From Methanobacteriota archaeon (GTDB lineage: Archaea; Thermoplasmatota; Poseidoniia; Poseidoniales; Poseidoniaceae), in NCBI GenBank assembly GCA_002718195.1, contig PBDU01000005.1, positions 3,638 to 67,637 on the forward strand: 64,000 bases of DNA, written 5' to 3'. The notes beneath the pieces are model-generated. The model saw only the letters and a program-made list of their open reading frames with translations, was not told the origin of the DNA and did no database searches. The position numbers and the translations under genes were made by a program. This document shows, in pieces, positions 39,181-49,200 of the stretch; the stretch's first letter is position 1, and every line of letters starts with the position of its first letter.

Positions 39181-39909
39181 GTGTCACAAAAAATAGCATT
39201 GGTTACTGGTGGCGCCAAAAGAATTGGTGCTAGGATCTGCACTGATTTGGTAAATGAGGGCTGGCATGTAATTCTTCACTACAATCGTTCCCTTGAACCA
39301 GCCCAAGATTTAGCAAATGAAGTCGGTGCTGAAAATTTTACTTTGTTACAGGCCGATTTCACCAATCATGAAGAAGTAAAAAAATTCGCTTGCGCTGTGA
39401 AGAATCTTGAAGTGGTAAATTCGTGCGGCGGTCTTGATTTAATCGTGCACAATGCCTCTATATTCTATACTACTGAAGCCACTAACTTCGATTGGTCCGA
39501 GTCGGAGAACTATTTTGCAATCCATCATAATTCTCCCGCACTAATTAATTCAATTTTGTTTGAATCATTGAAGAAAAAATCTGGTTCTGTTGTAGGCATA
39601 ATTGATACTAGCCAAGGAAAGGGTTGGAAGAATCTTGGAGTTTATTCAGCAAGTAAAGTTGCCTTGAAACAAAATCTTCTTTCTGCAGCAGTTGAGTTCG
39701 CTCCGAGTGTCCGGGTGAACTGTGTTTGCCCTGGTGCGATTATGTTAGCGGATTGGGAAGAGGAAAACGAGAACGATTTAGTTGAAAAAATCCCACTAAA
39801 AAGACTCGGCAATCCCTCAGATATCTCCTCTGCAGTGATATTCTTAGCTAATTCTGGATACATTACTGGACAGTCAATATATGTTGACGGCGGATGGTCT
39901 ATTTCTTAG
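39181..39909 (+). CDS. SDR oxidoreductase, pteridine reductase (PTR1/FolM)-like
   Basis: TGGAKRIG with the family Arg, HYNRS, HNAS, the IID Asp, YSASK and VDGG. Confidence 0.75.
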   Translation: MSQKIALVTGGAKRIGARICTDLVNEGWHVILHYNRSLEPAQDLANEVGAENFTLLQADFTNHEEVKKFACAVKNLEVVNSCGGLDLIVHNASIFYTTEATNFDWSESENYFAIHHNSPALINSILFESLKKKSGSVVGIIDTSQGKGWKNLGVYSASKVALKQNLLSAAVEFAPSVRVNCVCPGAIMLADWEEENENDLVEKIPLKRLGNPSDISSAVIFLANSGYITGQSIYVDGGWSIS

Positions 39910-39951
39910 GGATTAGTTGAAAAACCTGTTACTTTGCCCCTTAGGTTACAC

Positions 39952-40037
39952 ACGGGGGTGGCTGAGTTGGTCAAAGGCGCCGGGCTTAAGATCCGGTCCG
40001 TAATGGTTCGTGGGTTCGAATCCCATCCCCCGTACCA
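39952..40037 (+). tRNA. tRNA-Leu(UAA), CCA encoded
   Basis: Acceptor ACGGGGG/CCCCCGT + A-CCA; anticodon arm CCGGG-CT-TAA-GA-TCCGG; variable arm; T-arm GTGGG-TTCGAAT-CCCAT. Confidence 0.97.
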
Positions 40038-40146
40038 ATAATCACTTGCTCACGGTGATGTTTAATCGTAATCAGTATGCTTTGTTTGTGCACAAAGTAA
40101 GCAAAACCGTTTAACACCCAATCGATTAGGGCATAGTGGTGAAGAG

Positions 40147-43110
40147 ATGCTGATAAGCAAAAACACGGTTAGTTTTTCCTCATTGCTTTCTGCAATCGTT
40201 GTTCTATTTTTCATGGTTTCATCCACTTCATTAGTGCCCTATACATCTAATGATAACGGAGTAGCTACACTAGAAGATGAAACCATTGTTAGTCAAGTAC
40301 CTAGTAACTTGGAGAATTACCGCCTATACCTTGGAGAGGAAAATTCCACCATGGGAGGGGATGGATCGATCACCACCGAAGAGCCTGACGGTTCTGGGCA
40401 GCAAGAAATAAGCGCTCTCGGAGGGGTGGATTTTAACTCTGTTGAAATGATTTCAGATTTACAAATTTACGGACAAGGGTCTGATGGCGATGAAATCCAG
40501 CTCTCTATATATCTCAAATTCACAGGTAATCAAAACGCAACAGCTGATGTAGATTTTTCCCTTAAATCAGGGGGAACTCAAGTTGCAAGCGAATCGATTA
40601 CCCTTGAAGACGCTTGCACACAAGGGGGATTGTTTGGTGGGGGAGATTGTTCTTGGACCATTAACGAGATATTCTTCGATGTGCTAACAGAAGGCTTCAC
40701 TGTAGAACAAGGAAAGCAACTCAAATTGACCGTTGACGCCCAAGTCTCGGGTTGCCAAGGAGGGGGAAACCCGGTTCCAGGACAAGATGGTGGCGGTGAT
40801 TGCGATGTGGAAATAGCATTCGGTGACATAGAGGGAACGAACAGTTACTCACGATTAGAGGTCAAAGCAAATGCTCTCGCAGATTCCAGTGTAAAAATCC
40901 ACAGACCAGGAGCATCATGGCTAGACCAAGAAGTTACTGAGTGGTCTCCAAATCACAGACCCGATTACAGAGCAATGCAATTTTCTGTTGACGTTAGAAA
41001 TGCCTTCGGAAGAAGTGATATCGACTCTGTTAGACTGTTAATGAGTACTCCAACTGGTGCAACAACTGTTTTTGACAAGGAATTTACAAGCAATGAATTA
41101 AGACTTGATAATAATGGTCTGGTGGGCAATTTTACCTTCACTTATGATTCCGGCATAGATGCGGGTCAGTATCCAATATCACTTGAGATAAGAGATGTTC
41201 AAGGTCACCAAGTATTGTTCCAACATCCAGATGGAGTCACTATGGTTGAGCACGATATTTTCTTAACCTTGCCAACAAACCAACCTGATGTCGTCAGAAT
41301 CGCTCCCGGGCAGACTTCTTCTGTTGAATTCATGGTAGAACACACAGGTTCAGCGGGAAAAGCAATGGATGTTAGGTTTGAGGTCACGTCTTACATTCCA
41401 AATTCATGGTCGGACCCGTTATGGGATACCCCTTCAGTTTACTCATTATCTGGAGGTGGAGCTATAGCGAGGCCTATATTGAGCATCGATGTTCCTGATG
41501 CAGATCTAAGTGACGCTCCTGATAGGCTAGAGATTGAGGCTCATGCATTCGCAGAAAATTCAGAAGGGCAAACAGTACAGGTTGCAGTTGAGACCATAGT
41601 TTTGGACATCGAGGAGGTTGGAGTGTACTCTCCTCCAAGAGTGTCAGTCTACGAAGATGTGGAACAACAAATTCAAATCGCAGATTCAGACAGACCTGAA
41701 ATTTATGATTCAAACTTATCGCATTATATAGATTCTAGCGAAGAGGGAGATTTCTACATGGATATCCTCAATTCTGGTTTTGACACTGACACATTCAGAA
41801 TCAGGGTTATTCAAATTCCAGATGGATGGCAGTATCGCTTATTCGATAACGCAACTGGTAGTGAGTTGGCTGAAGAGGGAATACACTCTGTTACTCCTTC
41901 AATTGGGTCACAACAAATCCTCGGAGTTAAACTAATTCTTTACCCACCTGCAGACAGAGATTCACAAGATATCGGTATGGTTTCTATGTCTGTTTCTAGT
42001 TCTGGAGATTCAGAGTTGAAGAGTAATATTGATTTCACAATTCACAGAACTTTTGGAGTACTTGCAGAAGTTATCTCAGATTCTGATGCACAGCAACTTG
42101 GTCGGGTGGAAAATTTAGATCCTCGTGACACAGTAAATTTCGGAATCAGAATAACAGATTCAGGAGATTCTGCCTCACAGACTACATGGAAAATAATTTC
42201 TCCTGAGAACTTGCCTGAGAATACTCAAAATGGGTCTATTTATGGATCATGGACATATGAGTTGACGGACGAGACCGGTGAATCTGTAACCGTTCTTCGC
42301 TTGAATTCAGGAGAGTTTGGCGATATCTCCCTATCAATAGAGCTAGGAAATCAAGTGACTGCTGGAATTCACGTCATTTACCTAAGGGTAACTGAAGAAG
42401 GCGTAGATGAAGACGATAATCCTAGGTACTTTGATCTACCACTAACACTGGAAGTAGAAGAAGAGGTTAGAGAGCAAAACTTAGAGATAACTCAAGTAAG
42501 CCCCGAGCCGAAATTTGGTAATGGAGTAACCGAAACCATAGAGTACAGAATTGATAATCAAAACAACATTCCACTGAATGTATTTATCACCACAGTCGAG
42601 CCAAATGGTTGGACTTCTGAACTTAAAGCAAGTGCTGAGCAAAATGGCGGTAGTTTCCTATTGTTGACTATTGATGCTTATGGGACTGAGAACTTCAATG
42701 TGGACATAACTCCTCCTGAGAGCACAAAGAACGGCGAGGAAATAACTTTCAGGATAGAAGTTACTCCAATGGATGAAAGCGCTCCATACGGGCCCGAATA
42801 CATACAATATGGTGATTTCAACTACCTTACTAGCTGTAGCGGATTAGCATGTTTAATCAACGAAATTACCAATCCATCTCAAACTACCATTGCATTGATG
42901 GTTTTAGGTGCAATTTTGGTTCTCTATTGGGTAAACAGTGCTGCTAAGAATAGAGCAAATAGAGCTGCAGGTTTAGTTGTGAAGGAATTTGAAGAAAGCG
43001 TGGAATCACTGGAAGAAGAGCAAGCAGATTCTGAGATTCCTGAACCAGTAAAAATGGAAGAGGAAGAAGATGATGATTTAGAGCTTCTAGAAGAATTGGA
43101 AGACCTCTAA
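40147..43110 (+). CDS. Large membrane-anchored surface protein with repeated Ig-like (NEW3/CARDB-like) modules
   Basis: N-terminal hydrophobic signal, beta-rich acidic ectodomain, C-terminal TM and poly-acidic tail; domain names are by resemblance only. Confidence 0.75.
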   Translation: MLISKNTVSFSSLLSAIVVLFFMVSSTSLVPYTSNDNGVATLEDETIVSQVPSNLENYRLYLGEENSTMGGDGSITTEEPDGSGQQEISALGGVDFNSVEMISDLQIYGQGSDGDEIQLSIYLKFTGNQNATADVDFSLKSGGTQVASESITLEDACTQGGLFGGGDCSWTINEIFFDVLTEGFTVEQGKQLKLTVDAQVSGCQGGGNPVPGQDGGGDCDVEIAFGDIEGTNSYSRLEVKANALADSSVKIHRPGASWLDQEVTEWSPNHRPDYRAMQFSVDVRNAFGRSDIDSVRLLMSTPTGATTVFDKEFTSNELRLDNNGLVGNFTFTYDSGIDAGQYPISLEIRDVQGHQVLFQHPDGVTMVEHDIFLTLPTNQPDVVRIAPGQTSSVEFMVEHTGSAGKAMDVRFEVTSYIPNSWSDPLWDTPSVYSLSGGGAIARPILSIDVPDADLSDAPDRLEIEAHAFAENSEGQTVQVAVETIVLDIEEVGVYSPPRVSVYEDVEQQIQIADSDRPEIYDSNLSHYIDSSEEGDFYMDILNSGFDTDTFRIRVIQIPDGWQYRLFDNATGSELAEEGIHSVTPSIGSQQILGVKLILYPPADRDSQDIGMVSMSVSSSGDSELKSNIDFTIHRTFGVLAEVISDSDAQQLGRVENLDPRDTVNFGIRITDSGDSASQTTWKIISPENLPENTQNGSIYGSWTYELTDETGESVTVLRLNSGEFGDISLSIELGNQVTAGIHVIYLRVTEEGVDEDDNPRYFDLPLTLEVEEEVREQNLEITQVSPEPKFGNGVTETIEYRIDNQNNIPLNVFITTVEPNGWTSELKASAEQNGGSFLLLTIDAYGTENFNVDITPPESTKNGEEITFRIEVTPMDESAPYGPEYIQYGDFNYLTSCSGLACLINEITNPSQTTIALMVLGAILVLYWVNSAAKNRANRAAGLVVKEFEESVESLEEEQADSEIPEPVKMEEEEDDDLELLEELEDL

Positions 43111-43165
43111 ATCGTCCTTAGAATTACTTTATTTTCTGTCGGTGTATGAACAACGCACCATTTCC

Positions 43166-43180
43166 CTTATGAGTCATAAG
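43166..43180. promoter_or_regulatory. Perfect palindrome over the promoter of the giant surface-protein gene
   Basis: CTTATGA-G-TCATAAG, ending 24 nt before the likely ATG at 43205. Confidence 0.45.
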
Positions 43181-43204
43181 TGTGAGGCGCATTTGGTAAT
43201 AGCC

Positions 43205-46200
43205 ATGCGTATGCTTTCTCCATCCACCAGCGCGCAACAAAAACTTGCTATATCTGGGGCAAAACAGAAGATATCCTCACTGAGTTTGGTGACGATAATG
43301 CTTCTTTCACTATTTGCCACCATACAAATAGGAATCAACCAAGTCAGTGCAGCATCAGACCAAGATGGAGATGGTCTGACCTATGGTTTGGAGTATTTGA
43401 TGAACACAGCTCCAAATGACCCGGATTCTGATAACGATGGTCTGCCCGATGGATGGGAATGGATGCATGGTTTGGATCCTCTATCTGCTAACAACGCAGA
43501 TGGAGCGGTTGGGGACCCTGATGGAGATGGAATGTCGAATCTTCAGGAGTATACTTACCTGATGCCTAGCGGCTGGGATTCATCTAATACTCCTTCAGTT
43601 CTAGACAACGGAGTTTGGTGGAATGGCACAGTTCCAACAAATGACTGGAACGAAGAAGGTGCCCTTGTTTACAATCAACCTGCCTGTGGTAGTACTGGTT
43701 CTGATGGAACTGGTAACACTATCCTTTGTGATGAAGACCCAGTTGGAAATATCTGTACTAACGGATTTGATGACGACAAAGATGGGCTAGTAGACAGTGC
43801 TGACCCGGATAACGATGGAGACGCAGATTGTTCAAGCGATGATGATGATGGAGATGGTATTGCAGACGAGGACGTAGCCGGCTGGGACACCGATGGTGAC
43901 GGAATGCCTGACGGTTGGGAAGTTTCATACGGTCTAAACGCAACCTCAGCATCTAACGATGATGGAGCAAATGGAGACCCCGATGGAGATGGATTGAACA
44001 ACCTCTATGAATACGTGAATCCTTCATGGACAACATTGTGTAACGGTGTTCCTTGCTGGAATCCCGGACCTAACGGTCAAGTTACAGAAACCATTTCACC
44101 ATGTGACCCTGTTACAGGCATCGGTCCTGGTGGATGCGCAACCCTAACTGCGGAAGTAGATGGAATAACCTCGACCAATCCCACTCGTGCAGACACTGAC
44201 GGTGATGGTCTGAATGATTCTTACGAGGCTCTTACTCTGCTGACTGACCCTACATCTTCGGATACCGATAGCGATGGAATAAGCGATGGAGTAGAGGTTG
44301 GCTCAGCCTACGGACAGCCAGCCCAATCCAGCAATCCAAGAGATAACAACACTGATGGGGACGCATTTGATGATGGAGATGAGGATAAAAACGGAAACGG
44401 TATCTTGGATGCAGGAGAGACAGACCCGACAAGAAGGGAGGATGCCGGAGATTTCGATAATGATGGAATCCAAAACTGGGAAGAAAACTTGTCATGTACT
44501 GCTTGGGATATTGCAGATACAGACTTTGGTGGAGTAAATGACGGAGATGAAAGAAATGTTAGCCACGGAACAGACCCGTGTGATTCTCTTACCGACTTCA
44601 AGACCACTATTTCTAACTGGAATTCATTTACCTCACAGTTAACTTTGACAGATGGATCTGGGTTCAATCCTTCAGGAGGTGTCGGTTGGTATAATTCAAG
44701 TGGAACCTGGAGTGCATTTTCCTATATTGCCGTAGTAAATAATGTACTACAACAGGTATCTCCTGGACCCGCAAACGGTGTTACAGAAGTAGCAAATAGA
44801 AACGGTTCTTTCTGTCATACATCTGCGACAAATGATGGGACAATTTCTACAACCCGAAATTACTGTGATGATGATTATACAGATGGAGATGGCGATGGAC
44901 TTGCTGACTGGGAAGAACTTCTTGGTACATATGGATGGTTCAGTAATCCCACTCTAGTCGACACCGATGCTGATGGAGTTCCTGATTTCCAAGAAGCAGT
45001 TTTGGATAACACCGACCCTAATGATCCGTGTTTGAATCTTTTAGACTCTGACGGAGATGGACTGAACAATTACTTCGAAAACTCCACTGGTTGTACCCTT
45101 GATTCCTTAGGAATTACAAATGGTTCAAGCGATATATGGGTTACTGGATGGGACCAGATAGATACCGATAACGGTGGAGTTGGAGACAGAGATGAATACT
45201 TTGATGGAACCAATCCTGAAAACGATCCGAGTGATGATTTACTTCCCGATGACTTTGATGGCGATGGTATACCGGATGCTGTTGAAAATGCATCCAGCAC
45301 AGACTGGAGAAATCCGGATACTGATGGTGGAGGTATGATGGATGGAGCAGAATGCCCTGAACAATTTTGGTTCTTCAACTGCGTAGGAGCGCCGTTTAAT
45401 CCACTAGATCCAACCGATGACCAGGTCAATAACGACATTATTTTCTGGGCGAATAATACCACTGGAACGGTTGACATTGAACAGCCACATTATTGGAGAC
45501 TAACCACCAGTGATTTCTACACAGGTTCGACCTATGCACATCTCAATAGCGTCCATCCTCCAGCAGAAGTTATCACTCCTATCACTAATCTTACCAACTT
45601 GGCTGATTTGAGTTTTGCAAATGATACGGTGACATGGAACATAGTATACAACTTCCCAATTTCTACAGGGAATATACCTCAACCCTACTATCTCTCCAAC
45701 ATTTCGTATTGGACCGATGCAGGGGCAGTGGTTCTAAGGGCCAATGATACCCACACTCTGTCGCTTGAGACGGGTTCTCTCGAGATACTTCTCACTCAAC
45801 AACCAGAGTACTACTTCGACTGGGCAACTCTTGCATCGACAACAATCGGACACACCAACTCTACATACGCAACAATCCTTCCAGCTGAATTCACTAACCA
45901 ATCATTCGCTGAGTCGATGGTAATGAACATCTCGAACGGCGTAGTTACAGATGCAGGTGCTCTTGATGCCTACTCCAAAGCCTCTGCATTAGCTGATTTC
46001 CTTGTCAACGGGAATGCAACAACAGAATTCAAGAGAAATTACAATTCTAGTAACCTACCTGGTGATGCTGATTTGACAATGCATATGCTGAATGTGGCAA
46101 AGGAAGGAACGTGTGCAGAATTTGCGACAACTTTCGTCACAATGGCTAGATCATTGGGTCTTCCTGCTAGATTGGTTACAGGTTACCAAGATGGTATTTG

Positions 46201-49200
46201 GACAGGAACTGGTTATGCTGTCTATGCTAACGCAAGAACAACCTGGGGAGAAGTAAGACTTCAACAAAACTCAGCAAATGGGAATACCGACTTGGGTTGG
46301 ATTCCGTTTGAATCATGCCCTGAGCCAGAAAATCTGACGATAGCAAATCAAACTATTAACACCCTGACTTGGGATAGAGATGGCTCTCAAGAAGTCTCAG
46401 TAAGCGGTCAATTACTTTACGCAGACAATTCCACACCGATACAAGATATACCGCTTGTTGGATATCTTGTTAGGACCGATGATGTAGATGGAGTTCCTGG
46501 AGATGCTGCTATCCCAGGTAGAGAATTCGGTTCGATAATTACAGATGCAAACGGAAATTTCACAATAAACGGGACCCCCAGTAACCCAGTTTTGCCAGGA
46601 TTTACCCAGATTGTTATCAATCACAAACAATCTGGCTATGTGGGTGATGATGGCATAGCCTTCGATCAGATAATCAACGTGACAGATGATTCTGAAATAG
46701 TTCATGTAGCACCAAATGCAGTTAACTCCCCAGTTGTTGGAGCAGGTGCTACTACAATAGTTAGTGGTATTTTACAACTAGAGTCAAATCCACAATTGCT
46801 GGATGATTATTACCAAGGTTTGTCCGTTTGGCTGAGTTTCACATCTAGTGTAGATGGTGCTCAAAATTTGACAGGTATTGTTGAACAAGATGGTTCATGG
46901 CAGATTGAAGTTTCACTTGATCCGCTTGAAACAAAAACAAACCTGTCTGCTCAACTAGGATTCTCCGGTTGGACTGATACGGGTCAAGTTTTTGCCTCGC
47001 CAGTACACATTAGAGATTCTACACAACCAATCAATTTGGACATTAGAGATGCACCTAACTTGACTGCAACGATAGAAGGTCCAGGAGCCAACAATAGTGT
47101 GATAGATCTTGATGACACTGTTTACATCAACGGAACAGCAGTTTCGTTTGGAGCAACACCACAAAATATGGAAGGAATGCTTTCATTCAGAATGAGAGAA
47201 AATGATAGTGGTGGAGATTTCATCGAGATATTCAACCAATCTGTAAACGGTACCTTCTCAATTCCATATTTCCTCAACTCAACTCTAATTCCAGTCGCCG
47301 CTGGTGAAATAGAGATGATACTAAGATTCTATCCAACTCTGTATGAAGCTACAGACGATGCAAACCTTTCAACTGGTGCACCTTACGCTCTAAGAGGAGT
47401 ATTGACATATGAAGTGGATGCTCAATCACAGCTCAGAGGTGGACCAGCGAATTTATTGATACAGCTATACGATCATAGAGGTGCGTCTGTGGGTCTAAAT
47501 GTTCCTGGAAATTATGACTTTATCTTCAACAATTCATGGGTTAATACAACTGTTGATCCTGCTTCGACACTCATTAACTTAGCATTTGATATCGATGCAA
47601 ATATGTTTGCTGGCGATTATCCATTCGACATTTCGTTTAATGGTTCAGACCTATATGTTCCAAACTCCGATTCAACAACTGTTAGAGTAATGGCTGAAAT
47701 TGGCTGGAACCTAACTTCTGCAGACGATTGGGTGCACATTGGCAATTCAACCTTCATCACAGGTGACTTCTATGACGCTGTACATAACACAAGAGTCGTT
47801 GGAAATGACACATTGTTGACATTGGTTCTACTCACAGAAGAAGGACCGATTGACCTTGCATTAGGTCAACTCGACAATACTACAGGTGAATTCAACCTTA
47901 CAGCAAAGATGCCTACAACGCTACCTTCAGGAGTATACACTCTAGAATTAGCAGCAGATTTCCTATCACTTGCACCTCCAGGTGGTGCATACTACACATG
48001 GGTTGATACTGCGACACCACCTTCTCCTCCGAGTTCGATATCAATTGAAATCGGAATTGAATCGGAAGTCGTCATCGTTCCTGAACAGGAACAAATGCTC
48101 ATCCTTTCAGGTGATACTATGGATCTGCGTGCTAAGATATTCGACATAGCAGACATGAGTAACGTTTCCGGCGCTACAGTGGAATTCATTTTCGATTATG
48201 GTGGTTCTAATACATCGATTGGCACAGTTATATCAGATGCAGAAGGAAATGCAACTCTTCAATGGACGGCCACTGACATCGGTCCTGGATATTATGACTT
48301 ACAAATTCTAGTAGCAGACGATGTATCTGCACCATTGGTTGCAGGAAATACGAGGAGGACAGGAAACTCTACTCTTGTGAACATGACTGTTCAATCAACT
48401 ACCAACGTGGTATTTGATGTGGCTCCAAATAATATCACTGCTGGTCAGAATTTCAATATTCAAGGAAGAGTAGTCGATGGTTTGAATGCTTCTCGCCCAA
48501 TGGTGTCAAGAGTTCAGGTCACCGCTTTCTGGGAGGATGAACCTGATGAGATTCTGGTAAGGAACACCTTTACTGCGCTAAACGGTTCGTTTAATTTGAG
48601 TGTTCCAACTGATACAGAAAACGATGGAACCACAAGGGGAGTGCGCTCGTTAGTCGTAGATGTAGTTCCGGACTCTTCGCCTTTCTACCTAGGTGGTAGA
48701 GCAAATACTTCGATGCTTGTTTTCGGTGTGACACAATTTGAGAACTTGAATCCTATCAATCCAGTAATTATCAACCGTGGCGAGACTGTAAATTTGAGTG
48801 CGAAATTGGTTGAAGCCACTGACCTATTTGCTCCTCTGGGTGGATATCCAGTTGCAATTATGTTCCATGAATCATGGGTTGCGGATACAACTACCACTGG
48901 AGATGGTTTTGCTAATACTAGTTTTGTTCTCGATGCCAATCACCCACTTGGCTTGGTCACAGCTACCTGGATGTTCAACGGTTCCTCTGATCTAAGAGCG
49001 GGTATTGCTAACTTGAGCACTGTTACTGTACGCTCGGTTACCTTCATGGTGATAGATGACATTGCTTCAAACCCAATTGCTGGTGATTCGTTCAACATAT
49101 CTGGTAGAGTGACATCAGACAATGGATCGGGAATGGAAACAAGAGATGGTATGGTATTACCAAGCAATGTACTGTTCAGAATTAACGGAGAGCCTGCAGG

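Noticed and set aside
43675-45477. Several Ser/Pro-rich minus-strand ORFs
   Set aside because: They are antisense shadows of the DxDxDG repeats in the giant gene
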